This document shows positions 22,324-32,003 of a stretch of 64,000 nucleotides of DNA, piece after piece. The notes under the pieces are model-generated. The model was not told the DNA's origin. It searched no databases and saw only the letters and a list, made by a program, of their open reading frames with translations. Every line of letters begins with the position of its first letter. Position 1 is the first letter of the stretch. Location of the stretch: positions 768,001-832,000 of the forward strand of contig CAVVLJ010000017.1 of NCBI GenBank assembly GCA_963749075.1. The letters run 5' to 3'. The translations under genes were made by a program, and so were the position numbers. The stretch comes from an uncultured Pseudomonadota bacterium (GTDB lineage: Bacteria; Pseudomonadota; Alphaproteobacteria; JACZXZ01).

Positions 22324-23151
22324 ATGGAGATCGACGCAGAGCTGGTGAGCGGCCTCGTGCGGGACGCGGCACGGCGCGAGGTGCTGCAGCACTTCCGTGC
22401 GCTTGCCGAGGCCGACGTGCGCGAGAAGGGCCCCGGCGATCTCGTCACGGTCGCCGACGTGGCCTGCGAGCAGGCGCTCGGCAAGGCGCTCCTCGATGCC
22501 TATCCGGGCTCGGCGGTGCTCGGCGAGGAGGCGGCTGCGGCCGATCCGGCGCTCATGCGCCGCCTCTACGCGGCGGCGCCGCTCTGGGTCATCGATCCGA
22601 TCGACGGCACCATCAACTTCGCGGCGGGACGCCCGGGCTTCGCCGTCATCGTGGCGCTCGTCATTGCCGGGCGCACCGAGGCGGGCTGGATCCACGATCC
22701 CCTCGCGGACGAGACGGTGGCGGCACTCAGCGGCGGCGGCGCTTGGCGGGCGGGCGGGCGGCTCGCCGCCGCACGGGGCACGCCGCTTCGGCGCATGCTC
22801 GGCTCCGCCTACGGGCCCGCCCCGGCGGGCGGTGCTGTGGCGGAGGCGCTCGCCGCGAGCGGCGGCATCGGCCGGCTCGACAACCGCCTCTGCGGCGGCG
22901 TCGAGTACATCGAATTCGCGAGCGGGCGGCGCCACTTCATGCTGTCCGCGCGCTCGCTGCCCTGGGACCATGCGGCGGGCGCGCTGATCGCCGCCGAGGC
23001 GGGCGGCACGGCCAGGTTCCTCGACGGCTCGGACTACGACCCGCGCGTCATGGACGGCCGCCTCCTCGTGGCACCCGACGAGGCGGCGTGGCGCCAGCTC
23101 CAGGAGCTCATCCGCACGCTGCCGCAACAGAAGAAAAGGGCCGGGACATGA
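22324..23151 (+). CDS. Inositol monophosphatase family protein
   Basis: DLVTVAD, LGEE, WVIDPIDGTINF, PWDHAAG. Confidence 0.93.
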   Translation: MEIDAELVSGLVRDAARREVLQHFRALAEADVREKGPGDLVTVADVACEQALGKALLDAYPGSAVLGEEAAAADPALMRRLYAAAPLWVIDPIDGTINFAAGRPGFAVIVALVIAGRTEAGWIHDPLADETVAALSGGGAWRAGGRLAAARGTPLRRMLGSAYGPAPAGGAVAEALAASGGIGRLDNRLCGGVEYIEFASGRRHFMLSARSLPWDHAAGALIAAEAGGTARFLDGSDYDPRVMDGRLLVAPDEAAWRQLQELIRTLPQQKKRAGT

Positions 23152-23717
23152 GCAAGCGAGACCTCGGCCACTGGACGGTGCTGAGCGAGCGCGAGCTCTT
23201 CGATGCCAGCCCCTTCATCCGGGTGAGCGCCCAGCGGGTGGCACTTCCCGGCGGCCGCGTCGTCGATGATTTCTATCAGCTCGCCATGCCCGACTTCGCC
23301 TGCATCTTCGCCGAGACCGAGGATGGGCGCATCCTGCTGCTGCGCGGCTACCGGCACGGCGCAAGGCGGATATGCCTCTCGGCACCCGGCGGGCACCTCT
23401 CGCCCGGCGAGGCGCCGCTCGCGGCGGCCCAGCGCGAGCTCCTCGAGGAGACGGGCTACGCGGGTGCCAGCTGGCAGCCGCTCGGCAGCTTCATCACCAA
23501 TGCCAATCACCGCTGCCAGATCGCGCACTTCTTCCGCGCCGCCGGCTGCCGCCAGGTCGCAACAGCGGATTCGGGCGACCTCGAGGAGACCGAGCTCGTG
23601 CTCGTGAGCCGCGCGCAACTGCTTGCAGCACTCAAGACCGGCGAGATCCCCTTCGTGAGCCAGATCGCCCTCTTCGGCCTGGCGCTCGGCGCCCTCTCGA
23701 GCGAAGGCGAGCCATAG
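23148..23717 (+). CDS. NUDIX hydrolase (ADP-ribose pyrophosphatase-like)
   Basis: Nudix box PGGHLSPGEAPLAAAQRELLEETGY; ATGA overlap with the upstream gene. Confidence 0.9.
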   Translation: MSKRDLGHWTVLSERELFDASPFIRVSAQRVALPGGRVVDDFYQLAMPDFACIFAETEDGRILLLRGYRHGARRICLSAPGGHLSPGEAPLAAAQRELLEETGYAGASWQPLGSFITNANHRCQIAHFFRAAGCRQVATADSGDLEETELVLVSRAQLLAALKTGEIPFVSQIALFGLALGALSSEGEP

Positions 23718-23775
23718 GCCTTGCTTGGTTGGCTGCGCGATCTGTCTCGGCTACGAACACTGGCGCGCCGTTCCG

Positions 23776-25326
23776 CTACGGGTCGATGCCGCGAAAGGAC
23801 GCGGCATAGGCCTCCTCGGCCGCCATCGCTTCGGCGTCGGTCAATGGCGCGAATTCATGCGTCCGCGCGCGCTTTGACAGCTTGCCGTCGTTCCGCCGGA
23901 GAAAGCGAAACAGCAGGTCGACGGTATTGTCCGGCATATCGGCGATGGCCTCGATGCGGCCGCGGAAGTGATCGTAACGCCGCAGAAAGCCGGTCTCGTG
24001 CGGAAGGTCTTCTTCAATGGTCTTCTTCACGCAAGCGTAGAGGAACTCCGCGTGCGGCGTGGCATCGAAGAAGCGGTAGAAGTCGGCCGTGTCGTTCAAC
24101 ACCTCGACATTGCCGTCCGGCCCGGGCTCCCAACGGATAAGCGGCAAAAGGCGCCTTGAATGGCCCTCCAGCACGGCGCGGTACTCATTGAGCCGCTCCA
24201 GTATCGCCGCCGAAACGGGAAAGACCACGCCGGCAGGGTTGAACCCGCGCTCCGCCAGCACATGGTGGATGAGGTAGCGGTGAATGCGGCCGTTACCGTC
24301 CTCGAAGGGATGCACATAGACGAAGCCGAAGGCCAGCACGGCGGCGGCGATCACCGCGTCCAGCCTCCGGGCCGGTCCGCGGTCGAAGGCGGCCATCCCC
24401 TCGATCAGCGAGGCCAGATCGTCCGGGCGCGCGCCGATGTGGTCCGGCAACGGCATGCGGCTATCGCGATCATGCTCGCCGACAAAACCTCCGCCCTGGC
24501 GAAGGCCGAGCCGCACGAAGCGCGCGTCGCCGATCACGATTGCCTGCAACCGCAGCAGCTCGTTGCGGTCGATCGGCCTGCGCCCGGCTTCGCCGATGGC
24601 GCGTCCCCAGCGCTGGATGCGCTCTTGCGGCGCACGCTCGCCCTCGATGGCGTAGCTCGACTTGGAGTCCTTCAGCAGAAGGAATGCGGCAGCGCGCGCC
24701 AGCACATCGCGCGGCACCTCGGCGACCGCGATCTGCGCGCGGCGCGCCAAGTCCAGCGCCACGAATTGATCGAGGGCCTCCGTGCGGAATACCAGCGGAC
24801 AGAAGACCGGCGCGCCCGGCAGGTTGTCGCGGACGCGGTGGCGCGGCGAGTTCTCTCCTTCGGCCGCCCATTGCTGCTCCGGATCGACGGCGGGCACATA
24901 GGTACCCCTATCGGCATCGGGAAGCCCGAGGCGCCTGCCGGTGAGCCACTCGAAGAGAAACCAGATGCGCCGCGCATAACGGCCGGTCGGCTTGGCCAGC
25001 ACCAGGGACTCGATCTCTCCTGCGCCCATTTGGAGAAATAGCCGCTTGAGGACGGCCAGATCGAGGCCTTCGTACTTGAGAGCAAAGGTGAGATGGCCTT
25101 GGGGGTCGGCAGAGGGAGCATGCCGCGGCGTCAGGATGCGCCAGCCGCCCTCCTCCTTCACCCTGTGCCGCTCGCCGATCGCAGAGAGGGTGCGCGGCAG
25201 GGGAACCGCAAGCGCATAGGCGTCAATGAGGGCAGCATAGCCGGCGGGCGTGGCCCGTTCGGGCAAGGCTCTCTCGTGAAAAACCGTTACCGGGCCTGAA
25301 AACTGATTCGGGACAGAAATTTCCAT
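23776..25326 (-). CDS. Fic-family protein (516 aa)
   Basis: HPFEDGNGRIHR Fic motif; SSYAIEG inhibitory-type motif. Confidence 0.93.
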   Translation of the reverse strand: MEISVPNQFSGPVTVFHERALPERATPAGYAALIDAYALAVPLPRTLSAIGERHRVKEEGGWRILTPRHAPSADPQGHLTFALKYEGLDLAVLKRLFLQMGAGEIESLVLAKPTGRYARRIWFLFEWLTGRRLGLPDADRGTYVPAVDPEQQWAAEGENSPRHRVRDNLPGAPVFCPLVFRTEALDQFVALDLARRAQIAVAEVPRDVLARAAAFLLLKDSKSSYAIEGERAPQERIQRWGRAIGEAGRRPIDRNELLRLQAIVIGDARFVRLGLRQGGGFVGEHDRDSRMPLPDHIGARPDDLASLIEGMAAFDRGPARRLDAVIAAAVLAFGFVYVHPFEDGNGRIHRYLIHHVLAERGFNPAGVVFPVSAAILERLNEYRAVLEGHSRRLLPLIRWEPGPDGNVEVLNDTADFYRFFDATPHAEFLYACVKKTIEEDLPHETGFLRRYDHFRGRIEAIADMPDNTVDLLFRFLRRNDGKLSKRARTHEFAPLTDAEAMAAEEAYAASFRGIDP

Positions 25327-25374
25327 GAGAATCTACGTCATCCTGAGAATTTCGATGGTAATTCTATATGTTAT

Positions 25375-25440
25375 GCGAAAAATGATTTTCGCTGCCGAAA
25401 ATCGCATCGTAATCGCAAAAATCATGAAAATCGATTTCGA
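25375..25440. promoter_or_regulatory. AT-rich Fic upstream region with a near-palindrome and repeated AAAAT motifs
   Basis: GCGAAAAATGATTTTCGC at 25375-25392, plus CGAAAATC, CAAAAATC and TGAAAATC. Confidence 0.45.
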
Positions 25441-25478
25441 AGGGCTTTGCCGGCAGCCCCGCAGGCGCGCTGCCCGTC

Positions 25479-27029
25479 CTAATCGATCGCGGCGTGAACC
25501 GCTTCCCCGCTTGGCCTCGCCTTGGGGCTCGAGAGCAGGAAGACGAGCGGGATCGAGACCGCCGTCAGCAGCATCATGAGCTTGAAGTCGTCGATATAGC
25601 CGATGAGGGTCGCCTGCCGGGTGATCACGGCATTGAGGGCCGCTGCCTTGGCGGGCACGGTCACGTCCCACAGGCGGTGGATGTCCGGCATGCGGAGGAG
25701 CGGATTGTAGGCCGTGATGGCGGCACCCAGCTCCTCGTGATTGACCTGCGTATTGCGCTCGAGGAAGGCGGTGACGATCGAGATGCCGGCGCTGGCGCCG
25801 ATGTTGCGCATGAGATTGAAGATGCCCGCGGCCTCGGTGCGGCGCGACGGCTCGAGGGTGGAGAAGGCGATGGCGCTGACCGGCACCCAGATGAAGCCGA
25901 AGCCGATGCCCTGCACGAGGCCGCTCAAGACGATGTCCGACATGCCGACGTTGATGGGGAAGCCCTCCATCCAATGGAGCGAGTAGGCGGCGATCGCCAA
26001 GCCGGAGGCGAGGAGGATGCGGGCGTCGATGCGCCCGATGATGCGCCCGACGACCATCATGGCGAGCATGGTGCCGATGCCGCGCGGAGCGATCACGAAG
26101 CCGGTGGTGACCACCGGATAGTCGAGCAGGGTCTGGAGGAAGGGCGGCATGAGCGCCAGGCTGGAATAGAGAATGACGCCGATGACGAGGACGATCAGCA
26201 GGCTCACCGAGAAATTGCGGTCGGAGAACAGGCTCGGGCTGATGAAGGGGTGCTCGGCGGTGAAGCTGTGCACGAGGAAGAGGTAGAAGAAGAGGCCGGC
26301 GAGCGCGACCTCGACGACGATCTCGGTCGAGCCGAACCAGTCCTTGAGCTCGCCGCGGTCGAGGAACATCTGCAGGCAGCCGATGGCGAGGCTGATGGTG
26401 GCGAAGCCGATGACGTCGAAGGGGATGCCGCGGTTGCGCCGCGTCTCGGGCACGAAGGCCGAGATGATGAAGAAGGCGAGCAGGCCGACGGGTACGTTGA
26501 TGTAGAAGACCCAGCGCCAGTTGTAGTTCTCGGTCAGCCAGCCGCCGAGGGTGGGGCCGAGGATGGGGCCGACCATGATGCCCATGCCCCAGATCGCCAT
26601 GGCGTAGCCGTGCTTCTCGCGCGGATAGCCGTCGAGGAGCGTCGCCTGCGAGAGCGGCACGAGGGCGGCGCCGAAGGCGCCCTGGAGGAGGCGGAAGATG
26701 ACAATCTGAGGCAGCGTGAGGGCCGCCCCGCAGAGCACCGAGGCGACCGTGAAGCCCGCGACCGAGGTGAGATAGAGGCGCTTCCTGCCGAAGCGCGCCG
26801 CGAGCCAGCCGGTCGGCGGCGTCATGATGGCGGCGGCCACGATGTAGGAGGTGAGCACCCAGGCGATCTCGTCGAGGGTCGCCGAGAAGCTGCCCTGCAT
26901 GTGCGGCAGCGCCACGTTGGCGATCGTGGTGTCGAGCGCCTGCATGATGGTGGCGAGCATGGTGCCGAAGGTGACGAGCGCCAAGTTCTGGACCGGCTGG
27001 GCGGCGCTCTGCGGCTGATCCTGGCTCAT
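25479..27029 (-). CDS. DHA2-family (EmrB/QacA) MFS efflux permease
   Basis: LDTTIANVALPHM, WVLTSY, GPILGPTLGG, WRWVFYINVP. Confidence 0.93.
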   Translation of the reverse strand: MSQDQPQSAAQPVQNLALVTFGTMLATIMQALDTTIANVALPHMQGSFSATLDEIAWVLTSYIVAAAIMTPPTGWLAARFGRKRLYLTSVAGFTVASVLCGAALTLPQIVIFRLLQGAFGAALVPLSQATLLDGYPREKHGYAMAIWGMGIMVGPILGPTLGGWLTENYNWRWVFYINVPVGLLAFFIISAFVPETRRNRGIPFDVIGFATISLAIGCLQMFLDRGELKDWFGSTEIVVEVALAGLFFYLFLVHSFTAEHPFISPSLFSDRNFSVSLLIVLVIGVILYSSLALMPPFLQTLLDYPVVTTGFVIAPRGIGTMLAMMVVGRIIGRIDARILLASGLAIAAYSLHWMEGFPINVGMSDIVLSGLVQGIGFGFIWVPVSAIAFSTLEPSRRTEAAGIFNLMRNIGASAGISIVTAFLERNTQVNHEELGAAITAYNPLLRMPDIHRLWDVTVPAKAAALNAVITRQATLIGYIDDFKLMMLLTAVSIPLVFLLSSPKARPSGEAVHAAID

Positions 27030-27078
27030 CTCGCTCCTCTCTCGGCCGCGCCGCGTCTCGGGCGCCGGGCGGACGGCA

Positions 27079-28038
27079 TCATGTAATGCCGCCGCCGCCG
27101 CAACGCAAACCGCCGCCGGCGAAGGCCTCGGGACGGCCGTAGGCCGGGACATCGGGCCGGTGCATGGCGACGCCCACGAGGCAGGCGCGGTAGCCGCACG
27201 CGCGCATGAGCCGGTAGGCGGAGCACCTGCCGCTGTTGACGCCGGCGACGATACGGCGCAGCCCTCTTGCCGCGGCAAGGCGCTCCGAGGCCGCGAGGAG
27301 GGCCGCGAAGTCCTCCCCGGCACCCGGGCGTACGGCGGCGAACTTGACGTAGAGCGTGCCGGGGCCGGCCTCCGTGCCGGCGCCCATGTGGCACAGGGCA
27401 AAGCCGGCGACGGCGTCCCCGGCGCGCAAGAGGAGGCAATCGCCGAAGCGCTGGCTCGCCAGCGCCCGGATCTCGCGGCCGAGGTCGAGCCCGTCATAAA
27501 GCGAGTTGGCGAGCGCGCGGCAGCCGAGCACCGCCTGCTGCCATGCTTCGGCGCCAAGTGCCGAGAGGAGCTCGAGCGGCGCCGCCTCCCCGCGCTCGAC
27601 GGCGACGGCCTTTTCCATCACGGCTGTGATGAAGCCGATCTCGAAGCCGAAGGACTCGTAGAGGCGGAGATGCTTCGGGCTTTGCGGATGGGTGAAGAGG
27701 GCGGCGAGCCTCATGCCGCGCGCGGCGAAGAGTGCCAAGACCGGCGACACCAAGAGGCGCACGATGCCGCGTCCCCAGGCGTCCGGATGCACCACGAGCG
27801 GCCCCAGCACGCCGAGGCTGCCCCAATCCATGGCGCTCACGCTGCCGACGATGCGGCCATCCTCCTCCGGGACGAAACCCGCCGCCGGATCGCCCGCGAA
27901 GCGCGTGCGGATCACCCCGCTGCCGCCGCGGTAGCTCGGCGGGTCCGCGAGCCCGAGAAAGCTCCCGAAAGCGAGGCGGTACACAACGTCGACGGCAGCG
28001 AGGTCGCCGGCAACCATCGGCCGTACCGCGACGGGCAT
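27079..28038 (-). CDS. GNAT-family acetyltransferase (tandem GNAT; C-terminus looks degenerate)
   Basis: LGPLVVHPDAWGRG, LRLYESFGF; low-complexity end. Confidence 0.75.
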   Translation of the reverse strand: MPVAVRPMVAGDLAAVDVVYRLAFGSFLGLADPPSYRGGSGVIRTRFAGDPAAGFVPEEDGRIVGSVSAMDWGSLGVLGPLVVHPDAWGRGIVRLLVSPVLALFAARGMRLAALFTHPQSPKHLRLYESFGFEIGFITAVMEKAVAVERGEAAPLELLSALGAEAWQQAVLGCRALANSLYDGLDLGREIRALASQRFGDCLLLRAGDAVAGFALCHMGAGTEAGPGTLYVKFAAVRPGAGEDFAALLAASERLAAARGLRRIVAGVNSGRCSAYRLMRACGYRACLVGVAMHRPDVPAYGRPEAFAGGGLRCGGGGIT

Positions 28039-28151
28039 GCGCTCTTCTCCCCAAGGGACCCGAAGCAGGCCCGGCCTGCCTGGACAGGGGCGAAGCGATA
28101 CCCTGGAAAGCCCGTCTTGGCCATGCCGTGACGGGACGCGAGCAGGCAGCC

Positions 28152-28707
28152 TTGACGCGCGTCATCCATGTGATCACCGCGAGCCGCATCGCGGGCGGCA
28201 TGGAGGATATCTCGCGTGCTTGGCGCCGGCGCGGCGCGGGCTCGAGCACCCGGTGATCGCGCGGCTGGGCGGCGACCTTGCGCCGCAGCTCCGCGCCCAC
28301 GGCATAGAAACCCTCAGCTATTCTCTCCTGAAGCGCCGGCCGCTCTCCTATTTCGGGGTCAGGCGGGCCTTCCGCCGCTTCACACTCCAGGTGGCGCTGA
28401 GCTGGCTGCCGCGCGCGGCGCAGCAGGTGCCGCCAGGCCCTTGGGTGCATGTGGCGCAGGTGGGTTGGTACCGCGGCCTCGACTGCTACGAGCGCGCCGA
28501 GCGCATGGTGATGCCGACCCCCGACATGAAGCGCCATTTCGCCACCGCGGGGTTCGCGCGCGAGATCGCCGTGTGATCGGCGATGCAGCACTCGCCCGTC
28601 GCGTCGTGGAAGGCGGCAGCCGCCGCCTCGCCGAGCGCTTCAGCGATGCCGCGACCGTTGAGGCCTACCTCGCCTATTTCGAGCGAGTCGCGCGCGAGGG
28701 GCGCTGA
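28152..28707 (+). pseudogene. GT4-type glycosyltransferase remnant
   Basis: LTRVIHVITASRIAGGME, then a frameshift, then a middle fragment; an internal deletion joins it to a GT4-like C-terminal helix (RRLAERFS...YLAYFERV*) in another frame. Confidence 0.65.
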
Positions 28708-28768
28708 GGAATTTCGTCGTGCTGTTGCCATGTGGTGTGCGTGTGGATGAAGAAAATGGAGATGGCGG

Positions 28769-28825
28769 TTGACAGGGGTCGCAGTATGAGATAAACGTCC
28801 TTAGGACGTTTATCTCATACTGCGA
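28769..28825 (+). promoter_or_regulatory. Promoter/operator module 1 upstream of abiE
   Basis: TTGACA(28769)-N17-TAAACG; perfect 23-1-23 inverted repeat at 28779-28825. Confidence 0.85.
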
Positions 28826-28859
28826 GGATGACCAGCCTGTGTCGCAGATGCGGTAATGA

Positions 28860-28918
28860 TTGACACGTCCGTCACGACAAGGTAAACGTCCTAAGGACGT
28901 TTACCTTGTCGTGACGGA
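28860..28918 (+). promoter_or_regulatory. Promoter/operator module 2 upstream of abiE
   Basis: TTGACA(28860)-N17-TAAACG; perfect 25-1-25 inverted repeat at 28868-28918 overlapping the GGAG RBS. Confidence 0.85.
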
Positions 28919-28923
28919 GCCTC

Positions 28924-29835
28924 ATGGCCGGTTTGCGGCTCGCATATCCACGACGCTTGTCGCGGGCGGCCGCGGAACTTGGACATCGTCTGGCCGCGGC
29001 TGGAAGACCTGTCATCACCCCTTACGAGCTGTTCCCCGAAGTCCGCTCGCTCTATGTGGCCGGAAGCGCCTACCACCTCAAGAAGACAACACCCGACCGT
29101 GCAGATTACCAACGCCTTCTCCGTGCCCTCACCGAGCACAATGTACTCATCGCGGATCCGGACTACGGCCACCGTGCCTATCGCATCGTAAAGAATTCCG
29201 ACCTGTCAGCGGACGACATTTGCTGCCTTGTCGATCCATTCTGTTACATATCGCATCTCTCGGCCATGCAACGCTACGGCCTTACCAATCGACGGCCCCG
29301 GACATTGCAGCTCACTCGCCCTAGCCGCCTTATCATGCGGCAGCTGGCGCAACGAAAAATGCAGCACGACTATGGAGCCGGGCCGCCGCGGAGCTCCGTG
29401 GCGTACATCCCGCTTCATGCCGTGACGCATCCGCAACGGGTCAGAGCGCGCGAGATCGACGTGTTCGAGACCGCCCACCCGGGCGAGTTCATTCAAGTAC
29501 GTGGCTCCTACGCGCGCATCTCGACCATCGGCCAAACCTTTCTCGATACCATCGAGGCACCGCCGCTATGCGGCGGCATGACCCACGTCCTCGAAGTCTG
29601 GAAAGAGAGCGCCTCGCGCTTTTTTGACGAGATCATCGAGGCCGTCGATCGCTCCCATGTCGGCCTCGCCAAAGTCCGCGCCGGCTACCTCCTGGAGGAA
29701 GTCCTCGGCAAGAAGGACAAGCGTATCGAGACTTGGTTGCGCTTCGCTCAACGCGGCGGCTCGCGTCTGCTCGATCCGACGAAGCAATACGTCGCCGACT
29801 TTTCCGAGCGATGGATGATCTCGATCAATGTCTGA
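28924..29835 (+). CDS. abiEi: AbiEi-family antitoxin / transcriptional regulator (type IV TA)
   Basis: PFCYISHLSAMQRYGLT, ISTIGQTFLD, CGGM..V, RAGYLLE, W.I..N; overlaps the downstream nucleotidyltransferase gene. Confidence 0.85.
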   Translation: MAGLRLAYPRRLSRAAAELGHRLAAAGRPVITPYELFPEVRSLYVAGSAYHLKKTTPDRADYQRLLRALTEHNVLIADPDYGHRAYRIVKNSDLSADDICCLVDPFCYISHLSAMQRYGLTNRRPRTLQLTRPSRLIMRQLAQRKMQHDYGAGPPRSSVAYIPLHAVTHPQRVRAREIDVFETAHPGEFIQVRGSYARISTIGQTFLDTIEAPPLCGGMTHVLEVWKESASRFFDEIIEAVDRSHVGLAKVRAGYLLEEVLGKKDKRIETWLRFAQRGGSRLLDPTKQYVADFSERWMISINV

Positions 29836-30715
29836 GGCGACTTTCGTCGATATCGGCGCTTGGGTAGAGAGCGTGCACAATGATCCGGCGCGCTATCTGG
29901 AGCGGCAAGCGACCGAGGTTCTGCTGAATGCTCTCGGAATGGTCGAGCGGCTGGGTAGCAAGATTTTCCTCAAGCGCGGCGCGCTCATGGGCATCGTTTA
30001 CGGCAGCCCCCGCCAGACGGCTGACCTCGATTTCACGACAAGCCTGCAGCCCACGCTGACGATAGCACGGGACATACGCGATCAGCTCGACGCCATGATC
30101 CCTCGCGCTGCGGCGCGCCTGGGCTACCCCGGCATCGTCTGCCGGGTGCAGTCGATCGCGCACCGGCCGCGGAGCGATCATTTCGCGGACGCCAATTTTC
30201 CGGCGCTCAAAATCAAGGTCGGATACGCGCCTCGCGGCTCGCTGCAAGAGCGTCTCCTTGACAGGCGACGATGCGCGAACGTCGTCGAGCTCGACATCAG
30301 CTTCAACGAAGCAGTCGGTGCCGTGAAGGCCATAAGACTTGGCCGGGACGGTGCGACAATCCGGGTCTATTCATTGCCCGACCTGATCGCCGAAAAGCTC
30401 CGCGCTCTGCTTCAACAGGTGACGCGCAATCGATACCGGCGGCAGGACGTGTACGACATCGCGCATCTGCTGCGGCATTATCATCCGAGCGCGGCGGAGC
30501 GAGCCCATCTGCTGGCTCTATTCCGCAGGAAATGCGCCTCCCGGCACATCGAGGCCGATGACGCCTCCCTCTCCGATCCGGAAGTCGTCTGGAGAGCTAA
30601 AGCGGATTGGAACACCCTCGCACTCGAGCTAGGCGAAGTCCCGCCTTTTGACGACTGCTTTCAGTCGGTCGAGAGCTTATATCGCAGCTTGCCATGGCGA
30701 TCGGCGCGAGATTAG
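29828..30715 (+). CDS. abiEii: AbiEii/AbiGii-family nucleotidyltransferase toxin
   Basis: FLKRGALM...SPRQTADLDF, IAEKLRAL, R.QDVYD. Confidence 0.88.
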   Translation: MSEATFVDIGAWVESVHNDPARYLERQATEVLLNALGMVERLGSKIFLKRGALMGIVYGSPRQTADLDFTTSLQPTLTIARDIRDQLDAMIPRAAARLGYPGIVCRVQSIAHRPRSDHFADANFPALKIKVGYAPRGSLQERLLDRRRCANVVELDISFNEAVGAVKAIRLGRDGATIRVYSLPDLIAEKLRALLQQVTRNRYRRQDVYDIAHLLRHYHPSAAERAHLLALFRRKCASRHIEADDASLSDPEVVWRAKADWNTLALELGEVPPFDDCFQSVESLYRSLPWRSARD

Positions 30716-30884
30716 ACCGAGTCAATGTGACACTGCACGCACGGCGCGTTCGTGAGCTGCGGAGGTGAGCCCAATGGCATATTGCCCTCATGCCCATCGC
30801 ACTGGGCGGGCAAAATGCAGCCGTGGTACGATGCGTCAAGCGAAGCAACGCGAGCGGCAGCGACCGCGCGCCGGGGGAGAGACC

Positions 30885-31995
30885 ATGGACAGGAACCGCA
30901 CCGCGACGACAGGCGACAAGTCACGGATTTCGCGCAGAGATTTGCTGCGGCGGGGCATCGCACTCGGGGCCGGCGCCGCCCTCGCGGCGGGTGCGGTGCC
31001 GAGCCGGCCGGCGCGCGCCGCCGCCGCCGCCGGCAAGGTGGTCGTGCGCACGCCCGGCGGCGCCTATGAGGACGCGCTGCGCAAGGCCATCTTCGAGCCC
31101 TTCACCGCCGAGACCGGCATCGAGGTGGTGCCCTTCGCCACCAACATCGCCAAGCTCGTGGCCATGGTCGAGTCCGGCAGCATCCAGATCGACGTGGCCA
31201 ACCTCGGCGAATTCACCGCCATCACCTTGGCCAACCGCGGCGCCCTCGCGCGCATCGATACCGCCCAGTTCAAGCGCACCAACCTCGCCGACGTGGGCGT
31301 GGTCAGGGATTTCTACATAGGCGAGAACACCTACGCGACCGTGATGGGCTACAACACGGAGAGCTTTGCCGGGAAGCACCCTTCGAGTTGGGCGGATTTC
31401 TGGAACCTCGGCACCTTCCCCGGCGCGCGCATGCTCGAGGACATGGCGGCGGAATACCCCAACCTCGAGTTCGCCCTGCTCGCCGACGGGGTGGCGCTGG
31501 ACAAGCTCTATCCGATCGACGTGCCGCGCGCCTTCAAGATGCTCAAGGAGATCCGCCCGCACATCCTCAAATGGTGGGACACGGGCGCCATAGCCGCACA
31601 GATGCTCGCCGCCAAGCAAGTGGTGCTGGGCAGCGTGTGGAGCGGACGCATCCTCCCCCTCATCGACGACAAGGCGCCGCTCGCGGTCGAGTGGAACCAG
31701 TCGGCGCGGCAGGTGCAGGCGCTCGCCATCCTCAAGGGCGCCCCCAACCTCGAGAACACGCACAAGTACATCGACTTCGCCATGCAGCCGAAGCCGCAGG
31801 CGGAGGTGGCCAAGCTCTCGGGCTACGGGCCGATCAACCGCAAGGCCTTCGACTTCATCGATGCGGCGGCGGCGGCCCGGCTGCCGACCTCGCCGGAGCA
31901 CCTCAAGATTCTCCTATGCGACGGATGCCGCCTGGTGGGTGGCGCACCGCTCGGAGATCGCCGACAAGTGGCAGGCGTTCCTCCTCGGCGAATAG
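30885..31995 (+). CDS. Polyamine-type ABC transporter substrate-binding protein (Tat signal), +1 frameshift near 31909
   Basis: SRRDLL Tat motif, PFTAETGIEV, SWADFW, ALLADGV; the natural end (SYATDAAWW...KWQAFLLGE*) is in a shifted frame. Confidence 0.85.
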
Positions 31996-32003
31996 AGCGC
32001 CCG

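Noticed and set aside
28779-28918. Palindromes as protelomerase or recombination sites, or terminators
   Set aside because: No protelomerase or recombinase nearby and no poly-T tails; their position over promoters upstream of abiEi fits operators better
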